DNA from: Asterionella formosa
Taxonomy: Eukaryota
Direction of reading: 5' to 3'
Length of the DNA: 49,913 bases
Assembly: GCA_002256025.1 (NCBI GenBank)
Contig: NKIB01013918.1
Location: 1-49,913 of the forward strand
Position 1 is the first letter of the stretch. Each line of letters begins with the position of its first letter. The translations under genes and the position numbers were made by a program. Below the pieces are notes generated by a model. That model saw only the letters and a list, made by a program, of their open reading frames with translations, made no database searches and was not told the origin of the DNA. This document shows, one piece after another, positions 32,891 to 44,700 of the stretch.

Positions 32891-33844
32891 TTATACTAAC
32901 TCATAATTTGCTTGGGGTTCCCTGGTCAATGCCTGAGGTTGATCTTGGTTCCCGCACTGGGCTAATGGACTGACTTGAATTCCACTGGATGAGGGAATAG
33001 TGGTTATTGCGACAAGATCCTGTTTGGATAGAAAGGCCTTTGATTTGAATCGATCAAAACACAATAATCCCAAAATGAGGTACGTGATTGCGCAACCAGC
33101 TCTATGAGGACATGGCAACAAGAATGTGTCAGAGCGGAGATGACAGGTAAATCCATGGAAATGCATGAGTGTATTCGGGTTCGGCAAGTATACGTACAGT
33201 ACAACAGAGGTGACCATTTGAAACACGACAGTACTGTCTGGAATTTCCTGGGATACTTGAGCATCGTAGCTGTAGTTGTCATCGACGTTAGAATAGTTGC
33301 TACTGCTTCGGTTTCTTCCATTGTGGCTCTCATGCAGAGGGTGCGAGTTCGTTACGGCGGCAATAAAAAACAGCAAAAATGCTCGTGGAATAAAGCCCTT
33401 GAACCCAGGGAATAGCTTAACTACGTTCGCCATATCCAGCTCAATCGCAAGTGCCATGGCCGCCAATACCAAACCGTATATTCGAATAATGGTATCCCTG
33501 GTTCCTCCGATTTTGGTAGAAACCTCGCTTGACACAAAGAATTCAACAAAGAAAATGTACATGAGGTCTGCGATCAGGGTAAAAACCAGGAATGCAAAGG
33601 TCAATGCCTTCAAAATTCTCAGAATAATAAGTATTTGTCTCGGAGTGATCGTTCTCCCTACACATGCTGCAATTGATCGGGTCTGGTTTGCGAGAAAAGA
33701 GGTATCGCCCTCGTTAACGTCAATGTAGGCAGTATTTAGACGATCATTCAGCCCATGGCTCATTCTATGCGTCGTTGGAAGCGTCTGGGTTAAAGGCTGT
33801 GGTCTCTCGCTTTCCAGCGACGTATTTAGTGATGAAGAGTCCAT
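32891..33844 (-). CDS. Multi-pass membrane protein, COPI-associated/TVP15-like; exons 33844-33198 and 33101-32891
   Basis: About four hydrophobic helices; pattern 'IIRIYGLVLAAMALAIELD...FKGFIPRAFLLFFIA'. Probable stop-free 96-nt intron at 33197-33102 (GTACGT...ATAG). The family call is tentative. Confidence 0.65.
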   Translation of the reverse strand: MDSSSLNTSLESERPQPLTQTLPTTHRMSHGLNDRLNTAYIDVNEGDTSFLANQTRSIAACVGRTITPRQILIILRILKALTFAFLVFTLIADLMYIFFVEFFVSSEVSTKIGGTRDTIIRIYGLVLAAMALAIELDMANVVKLFPGFKGFIPRAFLLFFIAAVTNSHPLHESHNGRNRSSSNYSNVDDNYSYDAQVSQEIPDSTVVFQMVTSVVLYVYLPNPNTLMHFHGFTCHLRSDTFLLPCPHRAGCAITYLILGLLCFDRFKSKAFLSKQDLVAITTIPSSSGIQVSPLAQCGNQDQPQALTREPQANYELV

Positions 33845-35299
33845 CGCCGTCGATTAGATTTTGCTTATCAGGAAAGAGAAACTCTGCGAAACACAAGTTG
33901 ATGAGCGAAGGAAAGTTTTCGCGAAGGAAAGTTTTCAGGTTTATCAAGAGAAAAAAGTGTATTGAAACAAGTGCGTGAAGGATAGTTAATTGTCAGGTGC
34001 ACGGAGTAAAAAAAGTACAACCGCTACCAGTACATAGTCTACGAGTACAAAACACACTATCAGGCTGGTAAAATATTATTGGTTTCCGGGGTATTGTATA
34101 CCAGGTATGTACAGAACAGAGGGGTGTACATTGCCAGTGATCAGGTCAATCCGAAGTACTAACGGTACCAGGTACCTGGGAGACACCTACCGGTATATTG
34201 CAGGATCTACGGCAGTATATATGGTACTTATCCAAATACAGGTAAAATAGACGTTTCTGAATATTTAGATTGAAAAATATTTACACTGGCTGGGGGTATG
34301 AAAATTATATTTTTATGTCTGATGATTATAAATACCGTATGTATACATCGGAGAGGAACATTGCAAACAGCACCGGTTTCAAATTTGCATTGGCTCATTC
34401 CATGCATAACCGAATATTCAACAATGCATCTACATATATTCATATTTGTATGATAGATACCAAAGATGTATCCATAGGTAAAGATAAGATCCGGTAATAT
34501 ATTATTAATATCATGAGCCTGTTTGTATGCATGTACTGGTGGCCGTATTTTTGCATTTTGATATTGCAGAGAAGGACGGACACCATGTGGCCAAGCCATC
34601 ACTCACGCAAGCACTTTACGAAACAAATAGCTATCGAAGGAATCCTAAAGCTGAGATATAAATATATAGCGACAATGCGACTATTAAGTTCTAGCTATAA
34701 GAGTTGAATCGAACAACCAAGAGTTGGCAGCTTGCGCAAGGGAGGAAGATAGCAACCATGCGAGGAGGTTATCATGATATCAGTGAGAATAAAAATTTAG
34801 TATGTTTCTATAGTAGCTTCTTATTCGTATTCCCCTATTTCTCTAGGCAAGTTTTTCATTGTGCTACCTGCTGCCAAGACCAGGTGCTTCCCTATTTTTA
34901 TTAGTGTAGGTGATGCCCCAACCACATTTCATGAAAGGTGATCGTCTTAGCCACAGCATTAGGAGAAACTCCGACCACCAAGGCGGCACAAGCTGCTTAT
35001 AGGGGGGCAACCCAGCATTTTTGCACACCAGGCAAGACCATGAGCGGGACAGGAAGGAGTGTGGGAGTCGAACTCAACAATTGCTTCTCGAAAAATTGCG
35101 GGCATTGAACAACACAACCTCAGATCAAAGGCAATGTGCTAAACCACTAAGCAATTCCCTCATCAGTGAGAATAGTACATGGGTGAAGTGCACAATTCTT
35201 TGAAGCCCATTTCAGAGAAGCAGTCTAAAGCATCGCTAAGCATTTCGCAATTTATAGTCTAAATCACACACCCTAAGTCCTTCCCATGGCAAAGAACAT

Positions 35300-35745
35300 C
35301 TCGACTGCTGAAGGCAATACATGCCCAAGGTGGTCTCTTGCCTGTGAGTAAACATGTGCTTGAGGCTGGGTGGTGCAAGCAGGTTGACCGTACGAGTGGC
35401 GCCCCTGGCACTGCGAGAAGGTCACCCTACGAATGCCATCCCAGCCGATTACACATGTGTAGTACGAGATGGCAGCATGATGCAGCCACCGAGAAGGGTA
35501 TTGTTGAGGCAATTCACACACTAGTAGCTAGTATCGTTGCGCCATTTGCTTACCTACTGCCCACTCATTGAGTGTAAATGTAAATTTTAGCTCGCTATAG
35601 CCCATCAAATATAATATATATCGTATATTTCCTATCTTCACATCGAAATTTGCAATGGGTCCGATATTGCTCATCAATAAAATATATTTGAATATTTCAT
35701 ATGTTAGCATTTTGGCAATACAATTTACGCCAATTGCCCCTCACT
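35300..35745. repeat. Dispersed repeat, copy 1 (probable transposon end)
   Basis: Colinear with 42390-42717: GGGTATTGTTGAGGCAATTCACA, CCTACTGCCCACTCATTGAGT, GCATTTTGGCAATACAATTT and CAATTGCCCCTC. Confidence 0.85.
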
Positions 35746-37396
35746 CGGTTTTTCATGCCTGGGATTGCCGAAATTGGCACGAGGTCTACTTAAGGAAACT
35801 ATTTTATATACTCTACAGATTTGATTAAGATATACCTAGTATTCACCTCGTTTTTGTTTGTCTCATGAAAAGTGACTCCGGTTATTCAGCTTTCACAATG
35901 CCGATCAAATTTGTAGTCAAACGGATGTGGTTGGATGTTGGATTGCTCGCATTCTCGTGGGATTCATTTAGTCGCATCATACATATTTCTTCAGTCGAAT
36001 GATGATTCTGATACATCTGATGTTGGCAGCAAGTTTTTGCTTCAGTCATGATGTGCTTAACTGATATTCTAGTCATCATGTAACCTACAAACATAAATGG
36101 TACTAAAACAACTATGCAAGGTTTGTTAAGCTAAAATTTAATGCTTAATTTGAACACGTTTTCGTATTTATGCTGTATACTTGGTATTATTGTTTTAACG
36201 AGACCAGTATCATGTTAAATTATATACTTCACTGAGTAACTAACGTATGCCCGATTTCGTTCTCACAGTTATAATTCTCACTTTATCCTGTCTGCTGTTG
36301 CTCATTCCGGGTCCCATAATTCGATTTTCGATTGATCCAATCGTATCCTGCTTGTTGTGCTAGTTCCAGCAGATCGGTGAGTTTAGTACTGAAACACATA
36401 ATGTGGTATGTTGATGCCATTTTTACTATTTGTGATTTGGTTGCTTCTATTCTCCATTATGATTGCCTCCATCGTTTATTTCGTTCCATACTGTAGTTTT
36501 GGTTCGATTATATCTATATATATATATATATATATAAGAACTGATGTATGTATCAATGACTAGTTGTTAAAGATACATTGTTGCTGATCTTTTTTGTTGA
36601 TTTGTATTGCTAGTCGTTGACCATGGTGATTCAATATTGCCACTCAGCAATGCTTTTCTTGTAGTAACTCGGTTTGCTATATTTCTACTCAGAGTTTGTA
36701 TCGCAAGAAACATTAAATATTAAACAATAATGGCTTATTCAATGTGGGGAGTTGAAACAGGAGTGGCCTGGCTATCAATCAAAGAATCATTTGATCAGGT
36801 TGCGTTGTTGGGTTGGGGCAGCTGAAGGACACGACTGCTACTTGGATTCTATTATCAGGCTGCAGCTATGTGAATGGTTCCAAAGACCAAATCATCTACT
36901 CTATATGACAATACAGATCTAAATTGGGTTCAGGGTTCCTATTTCTTTTCTATGATGAAAGTCAATGCTGCCTGTGTAGTAAGTACTAGCAAAATGCAAA
37001 TATCTCCAGCATGGAAACTGATTCTTTTACTTCATTTCTAACCCAAAACAATTTTTTTATTTCTCACATGACGCTACTTATTACATTGCATATCATACTC
37101 TTGTTGCTCCAAAAATCATTTTCATTGATATTGTATGTTACAATAATTCTGGTGTGTTAGATGCTCGTTCTATCACGCAAAATAAGTATTTCTCTATATA
37201 TCATATTTATTTGGTACTACCTGCTACCATCATTCTTGCTTTCATCCTAAAATCTGCAATTTTATTGCCAAAAAATTCGATGTGCCCCATATTGCCCTAA
37301 ATAAAAATTACGGGTTATATTACTTCGAGCCTAAAAATTACCTGGTAGTATCTGGTACCCAAATGGCAAGACTAGGTCGACTGGTACTAGATAGCT

Positions 37397-37998
37397 GGAA
37401 GGTCCGTTAGCGCACGTTTAATGCGCATCTCTTCAGTTACAATTTACTCCAAATGATTCGTCCCATGCCTGGTGCCCGACAGGTCGGCTTTCGATTAAAA
37501 TAACATTCCTTAATTAATTTAAGAGACATAACTCTTATTCACCGATTACGATTTGCAGAATCAAACTCTGAACACGACTCGGATTTGCTGCCTGATCAAC
37601 CTTTTCAGCAAACCGTCGCTCTTCTTGCTTCGGAACACAAATAGGAATCATTTTACGTTTAGAACTTGCTGAAAACGACTAGAACTTGCTGACTACGAAT
37701 AGAATTTGCTGACTACGAATAGAGTTTGCTGAAAATGACTAGAATTTGCTGACTACGAATAGAATTTGCTGACTATGACTAGAACTTGAGGGCGAATACA
37801 AATAGATTTCCTGAATGACCCGTTCAGAGACTGATTCTGCAAATTGTCATCGGTCAATAAAAGTAACATTTTCCTAAATTACTTGATGGTTATTTCTATC
37901 GAAAGCTGGCCTATCTCGTCTGGTAGGCATGAGACGAATCATTGAGAGTGGGTCGAAACTGGAAAGGTGCGCATAAAATGTGCGCTACCAGACCTTCC
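37397..37998. mobile_element. Foldback/MITE-like element with ~175-bp imperfect inverted arms and a central 20-bp tandem array
   Basis: Left arm 37397-37573 (GGAAGGTC..TAGCGCAC..ATGCGCA..AATGATTCGTC..GCTTTCGAT..ATTTGCAGAATCA..CTCTGAAC) is mirrored in reverse complement at 37822-37998. No clear TSD. Confidence 0.75.
37661..37788. repeat. Minisatellite, ~6.4 copies of a 20-bp unit
   Basis: AGAA(C/T)TTGCTGA(CT/AA)A(C/T)GA(A/C)T repeated head to tail without spacers. Confidence 0.95.
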
Positions 37999-39387
37999 TG
38001 GAGCGGGAATTGCTGTAACAGCTCCATCAGATTAAACCATTGCTTACCAGACCAGAAAATAACTCGTGACTCAAATTGTTTTCCGAAAACAATTCTTGGC
38101 CGTTCCATGCTGCGTCGGAAACTTGTGTTTTCCTGGTTTCGATTTCCCAAAACTCAATTTTTTCGTCACGTTAGGAAGTTCGTCGATCTTCCTGATGCAA
38201 AAGATTTTCTTTGGAAACTTTAGTCACGTTTGGGAAATTGATTTCACACCCAAGGCACTAGATAGAATAACGTTAAAATGAGAATTAGACTAGACCGACT
38301 CCTCAAATGCCAGTACAATTGCAATCAACAATCGCTCACTTATTTGCCATGGCATCTTTGTCCTCCTTCTTGCTGTTCTCTCAGAGAGATTTTAATGATG
38401 ATCCTTGGCAAGATATTGTCTACGATGTCATAGTCAATGAGGTGTTGGACTTGATTGCCGAGGATAGCTCAAAAGATAAAAGAAAGACATTGGTGCTGAA
38501 GAAACAAGCATCAAGACCTTCTAAACTTAAGTGACGACCAGCAGACCAGATATTGTCGCACATGTTTGTCCACCAGAATCTCACTCAGTTGTCCATTTTC
38601 ATCCTTTCTCTTTCTCGCGAAAGCAGCTATAACAATAAATTATAACAATGATTTGAGGAATGGGTTAATTTGTAAGAAAACTGGTGAAATGATAGTCAAA
38701 GAAATATTTGTCAAGGCGGACATTGGCAACCAGTAAAGCAAGCAATTGGCAGGTTTCAACAAGAATGCTACAATCAACAGATCAGCAGGGGCAAGAGAAG
38801 CATCAACTGGGTAGTTCTATGAACATGCTTATGATGATTGAGGAGTGTTGAAATGCTATTCTCAGATGGATTATTGGGAGCTCAAATTTTGGAATTACCA
38901 TTGCTTTTGAATCGCCTAGCAAATGGTCTACAGATCCATCAGATCATCAAAGTGCCTAAAACATATAATGATATTATCATATCATTAACTCCTACAATTT
39001 GCTATCATTTATCCTGTTTGTTAGGTCCTCACCAATGCTACTAAAAGCACCACCATTTTTAATAAGCTGATTGATTTAACATTGCTAAGTGTTTTTCTCA
39101 TGTTATTGGGCTCAAGGGGTATTTCTATGGTCGATTTTTCCAAAATAAACAAGGAGTGATGGAATTCTGGTGCAGTAAGTAACAGCTTTTTCCAAAAAAA
39201 CTCTCTCTAATAGTCCCCAAAATGGAATTCCTATGTGGTAGGAAACAGCATTTTTTGGCGTTGGAGAATCACTGCCGGCCAGGTTCAAATTCCTTCGAAA
39301 TTGAAAAATTTAGTAAATTTCCCGACTGCGATTTCCGACCGGTAAGCAAGGGCCTTGTACTCTGTGTATATTTTTGACAGCCCGGTA

Positions 39388-39390
<3 letters not shown>

Positions 39391-39435
<45 letters not shown>
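39391..39435. repeat. (AT)n microsatellite
   Basis: About 22 uninterrupted AT units. Shorter tracts occur near 20815-20830 and 36515-36536. Confidence 0.95.
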
Positions 39436-39439
<4 letters not shown>

Positions 39440-39579
39440 TACCGGCACAGCGGTATTTGATGTGGAGTTAGTACATTGTAATACTTACATAAAGCATACA
39501 TTTGTATATACAAGGGTAATCAATCGCATATTGTACTGATAGCCCAAACTTTCAGTCTAATCATGCATAATAAGTATAG

Positions 39580-41376
39580 ATGACATCAATGCCATCATCA
39601 ACCCTCGCTCGACGAACTCCTCGTCCGCACACACCTCAAGCAAGGGTGTGCACAGCTAGACAAACCGAGACAACGGAGCTTCCCACTTTCCAAACCACAA
39701 CGAAATGGGTGATGCAACCTATTGGATTAAGTCACAGACCAAGAGGATTTCCACATGATGCTGAGTCTATATCGCCGGTTACCGGTAGTACGGTGCCACC
39801 TAACAGAAATCCGAGGAGGAAGAACGATTGGAACCTCATGAAGCAAGTTCATGATTCGAAGAAAGGCATAGACCCGTCTGTCTGGAAAAAACCTCGAATG
39901 GTGTTTCTAGTTCATGCGATTCTATTTTTGTTGTTTGCTCTTTTCCTCTATTTGGGTGTGAAAGGGATAGCAAATCTACTTTCAATCCCCAATGATTTAT
40001 CGTCGCCATGGCTCATGCGCCCAAACTTGGTGAGAATAAGGAAATCGATATTCTCCTATTATGTCGAGACAATAATACTACAAAGGCAAACAGCATCAGT
40101 TGATCGTCCAATTGTGATAGGACAGCATAAGCTTGCAGAAGGTGCTTTCCACAGGAAAAATGAGGCAAGCACCGATTTTCTTGCAGAAGCATCTTTGATG
40201 GACAATGGAGGCCTCAAAATGAGTATTTTGCAAGAAGATGGATTTGCAAGAAAAATTCATGACGACTCCTGGCTAGGTGAAGGACACGGCAGTGACAAAA
40301 ACAAGAAAAAGGATTACACGGTTGACCAATACCATGCATATGATGATGACTACCTAAGGAGTCCCTATGTAGCATACGACGACGACACAATAAAGGATAT
40401 CAAGCGCTGTCGACGAGTAAGTTGGCATCGCTATCAATTTCCCAATTGCAATGCATTTCATGAAATGGACTTGAAAGTTGATATTCCTGTCCACTTGAAT
40501 GACGGAGCATACCTTGGAGTATTTATATACATGCACAAATTTCTTGGTCGAGAACAGAAGCTGATTTGGAAGCATATTCAGTTTGGGGACGAATTCGATT
40601 TTGCATATGACAACTATGAGTTTGTCCGTATGGATGCCCTTATAAGTGAACGGCTGACGTTTAGCTCTAGAATTGTTGATATGTATGGGCACTGTGGATT
40701 ATCAATACTGTCAGAATGGCTTCCTGGAGGGGATTTGGAGAGCATGGCAGTGCCAACATCAGGTTTTATCAAGCAAGAAGATCTTCATGATGAAATGGAT
40801 GTGAACCCACAAAACAACTTAACCGCCATCGAAAAACTGGTCATTGCCAAGGAAATGGCAGAGGCTCTAGCTGTCCTTCATGGCTTCAGCGAAGGCATTA
40901 TTATTCATGATGATATACAGCCCACCCAGTTCCTCCATGACGAACGAGGCCACATCAAGCTGAATGACTTTAATCGTGGAGAAGTGATGCTCTATAATGA
41001 AGAAGAGCAGCAATGGTGTCAATATCGCAATGGAATAGGCAGTGGCAACCTGAGAGCACCAGAAGAATACATGGACAAGCCACTGAATGAAAAGATTGAC
41101 ATATACTCATTTGGTAATGTTGTTTATACCCTATTGACTGGCCTTTGGCCGCTCTATGGCATTGAAGATGAGGGAGAATTTGCCAAGAAGTTAATTAAAG
41201 GAGAGAAGCCATATGTCGACCCAAGGTACAAGACTCGGAGCTTTGCCGAAGGCAAGTTGGTTGAGGTTCTTGAAAAATGTTTGGCTTTCAACCCAGGTGA
41301 CCGACCCACAATTTTCGCCATTCTTGAAATGCTGACCACTTCAATTGAGAAATGGAATGCTTCGCATCATGAATAG
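39580..41376 (+). CDS. Protein kinase-fold protein with single N-proximal transmembrane helix (atypical motifs)
   Basis: Hydrophobic helix 'VFLVHAILFLLFALFLYLGV'. Catalytic loop 'IIHDDIQPTQFL', 'KLNDFN' (DFG equivalent), 'LRAPEE', 'EKIDIYSFGNVVYTLLTGLWP' and 'CLAFNPGDRPT'. Confidence 0.88.
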   Translation: MTSMPSSTLARRTPRPHTPQARVCTARQTETTELPTFQTTTKWVMQPIGLSHRPRGFPHDAESISPVTGSTVPPNRNPRRKNDWNLMKQVHDSKKGIDPSVWKKPRMVFLVHAILFLLFALFLYLGVKGIANLLSIPNDLSSPWLMRPNLVRIRKSIFSYYVETIILQRQTASVDRPIVIGQHKLAEGAFHRKNEASTDFLAEASLMDNGGLKMSILQEDGFARKIHDDSWLGEGHGSDKNKKKDYTVDQYHAYDDDYLRSPYVAYDDDTIKDIKRCRRVSWHRYQFPNCNAFHEMDLKVDIPVHLNDGAYLGVFIYMHKFLGREQKLIWKHIQFGDEFDFAYDNYEFVRMDALISERLTFSSRIVDMYGHCGLSILSEWLPGGDLESMAVPTSGFIKQEDLHDEMDVNPQNNLTAIEKLVIAKEMAEALAVLHGFSEGIIIHDDIQPTQFLHDERGHIKLNDFNRGEVMLYNEEEQQWCQYRNGIGSGNLRAPEEYMDKPLNEKIDIYSFGNVVYTLLTGLWPLYGIEDEGEFAKKLIKGEKPYVDPRYKTRSFAEGKLVEVLEKCLAFNPGDRPTIFAILEMLTTSIEKWNASHHE

Positions 41377-42389
41377 GGTGAAGAATTATCATGAAAATAT
41401 TCATAAGCGAAACCTCGCTAGTATGCTTGTGAAAATATTAACTAATATTTATTGAAAACAGCCATTTCATATTGGCTCGAATTAATTATGTTCCTCATGA
41501 TCCTACCTATTCGCTCGAATTAAATATATTCCTCATGATCCAAAATCTATAATTTCCCAAAGCTCCATGCTGCTGTTACAAATATCATTATTTGACCTGA
41601 TTTTCATACTAGGCCGCCCATGAGTGGAATGTGACTAAAGCTGATCCCAATCATAAAATATCATTTCGAAAAGGCTAAAGCTTCACATGTGATCAAGAAT
41701 ACTACATGCCATGGCCAGTGTTGATTATTTTTCCTATAAAGTTTGAGAATGTAGATGGAAAGGCTACTAGGATACTGATTATGATTGCTTGTGGAAGCCC
41801 ATTGGAAATATATTGAAAGCACTTTTGGTATTAAAAAAATCACTTCAGAATTCATCCTAACAACTGTCGTGACTTTTAGAGTTGGACATGTGGGAATTGT
41901 GACAAATCCAATAGTGAATCCTTTTGCTTTGTGATGAAGGAAGGATGCTCCTTCTCTGTAACGTAAGTATTCTTCATTTGGTGCAGGAATAGCTATCCTA
42001 AATTTCGGAAGAGTAAAAAAATAGTGATGTTAGCATGATAGCAATGAACAATAGATATATCATAGTATGTATATAGGATTATCTGCAATTCTGAATGAAA
42101 TTTTGATGTGATGTCATTTCTTATGGCAGGTCATTCGATGTTTGTTCCTCTGATGCACCATTTGAATCATTAGGACCATTAGGTGGGGATTGAATTTCAC
42201 AAATATGAAATAGAAAGTGCAATGCTTAACACTTTTATTAGTTGCTTAGATAGAATACACATGTCGCTAGCAATTAATGACAGAAACGTTTTTTTACATA
42301 GCTTTGATATTAATTGCAAAATAGCTAAACTAGAAAATCGGCGGAAGCAAAATGGCGCTCGACCGCAATGACAATATCTCCATGATTTC

Positions 42390-42717
42390 TTACTGAAGGC
42401 AAGAATACACGCCCGAGGTGGTCTCATATCTGCGAGTACAAATGTGTACGAGAAGGCATGCAGCCACCAAGGAGGGTATTGTTGAGGCAATTCACAAACT
42501 AGCTATCGTCGTGCCATTCGCTTTCCTACTGCCCACTCATTGAGTATACATATAAATTTTAGCTCGTTATAGCCCATCATGTAAAATATATTTCGTATTC
42601 TCCTATCTTCATATCAAAATTTGCAAAGAGTCCGATATTGCCTATCATTAAAATATATTTTGTATATTTCCTATTTTCGCATTTTGGCAATACAATTTGT
42701 AGCAATTGCCCCTCGGT
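42390..42717. repeat. Dispersed repeat, copy 2 (internally deleted relative to copy 1)
   Basis: Same orientation as 35300-35745 and lacks ~110 bp of it. Confidence 0.85.
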
Positions 42718-43262
42718 TCTGAATCTTGTGCCAGGCAATGCTTAATGCCTTGTTTCTTTCCCTGCTATCAGTATCACTCTGAACTCGCCCACTATTCCGT
42801 TGTTTGATTGGTTCTATTGTACTATGCAGTTTTACACTAACAATGCGAAGGAATGACTGGTTAGCTACGGTCATGTTACACTGAAAAAACACCACGCAAT
42901 TCCATCGTATCCTTTTGCTTCACTTACCACAAATCAAATCAATTGATGCCTATGTCTGTAATAGTAAATTGTCAGTGAGTTCTTGAATAAATAAATATCA
43001 GGTATCCAATGTTGTCGAATAAACTTAACGATTCGTTTTGCTTAGCTTAATTTTGAAAGAAGAAAAATGCGTGTGTCAGAGCTAGCCATTGAATCAATTG
43101 AGAAGATAGGAATCATTTAGTTAACTCCTCTTTGATGTTGTCATCCCAAAAATTGCCATCCACGTACCACATTGATCAAACAAGCGGCATGTGCCAAATA
43201 CTGCCGGTATAGAACAACGCAAGTACCAAAAATGCGTTCGCAAAGAATATGCAAATCTGTGA

Positions 43263-44700
43263 TTATCCAAAGGAACCCAACTGGCGACAGGGAGTTAGTG
43301 GTACTACCCCATTGTCCACAGGAACACCATCAACTACACAGGATCCCCTCATATACTGAAAGCGATGATGACGATTCTTCTTAAGTTGCTGCTGCGAGAA
43401 AAATTGTTCGATGATGCAATACTTACAGGCAAGGTGAAATCCTTGATCATAATGTTCAGCCACAATTGCATTTTGTCCTCCTGGATCACGGACTTGACAT
43501 AATCCATCATTTATAGCAAAAAGATAATGTTCAAAATGGTTGTTCTCCTCCTCATCTGATATTTTTCAATAAACAATTAGCACATACTTACTGTCATGAT
43601 GAAGTGGATGACAATCACCTTGGTATATATACTGATTGTTATTAACTGTGTCTGGGTTCTCATCCAGATCAAATATAACCTTTACATTAGTTGGATGAAT
43701 TTCATAAATTATATAATGGATCATGGAGGTAATTGTTTCAAGGTCCCAATATGCAAGATCTTTAAAATCTGAAGATGATTTTTTGACACCTTTGACTCCA
43801 TACGCAAATCGGCGTAATTGCATATTTCTTGTGTGGTACATGTGTACAGTTCTTTCCACAATTTGAGTTGTCCATGTGTTTTCAGCAAAATCAAGGAAAA
43901 TGCCATTTGCTTTGGCAAAATAATTCTACAAATTTCACATGCCGACTCTTCACAAAAATAAGTACCTTCGGAATTGTTCCCGATGATTTTACACAGAAAT
44001 TCTTTTATTTTCATGTATGATTTGGAATTTTTTTTAATTTGCTGTTTAATACTTCGTTTCCGACTCAGTGCATCAACTGCCTTAGCCAGAATCACATATC
44101 TTTCTGAATTTATGTTCTTGATTTCGAGGTCTTGATTCAGTGCAGATTTCTTCTTTCTTTCTTTGTAGAAATGCAGAAATTGCTCTGCTTTCATGGTGAT
44201 CATTTTGATGTTCTGGACAAAAAGTGAGATATATTTCTTGGTTGTGCAACTTTTCAACCATTTCTACTTCAGAAGTGATGTCTCCCACATTTCCGGTAAT
44301 TTAATTCATAGAATGAACTTGTTCATCAAATGAATGAGAATCACTGAGTTCTTCCTTGCTATCAGCGATGTCAGGAAAACGAGCAATATACGACAACATA
44401 TGTGACTCTTTAGGAATAGATTCTTCATCTGCGAAGAACAACTATTTGGGTTTTCCCTTCGAAAGGAATCTTTCCTTCTTTTCAATTTCTGCCACTATTG
44501 AATCAGCACACTTCATTTTTCTGGAGTTTTATGAATATGTTCAAATTAACCTGATCTTTGGGTGAATTCAAAGGAAAATTCGATTGATTTAATTAGTCTC
44601 TTCATTTTCTTTTCTGAAAACATTAATGTGTAGCGGAAACGACGGAAGTAAGTCACGTTTCTTGTTTGACTGATACTTTCCATGAAATCCATGAAATGCC
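43263..44700 (-). pseudogene. Fragmented AT-rich coding remnant of unknown origin
   Basis: Chain of overlapping minus-strand ORFs (44546-44893, 44082-44288, 43721-44257, 43566-43859, 43263-43463) with protein-like composition, separated by single stops or frameshifts. No family recognised. Confidence 0.35.

Noticed and set aside
37661..37788. CRISPR-like array
   Set aside because: Units are contiguous 20-mers with no unique spacers, there are no cas genes, and the context is eukaryotic; this is a minisatellite.
38307..39050. Possible Harbinger-like transposase remnant
   Set aside because: The short acidic ORF is suggestive, but no catalytic motifs were recognisable.
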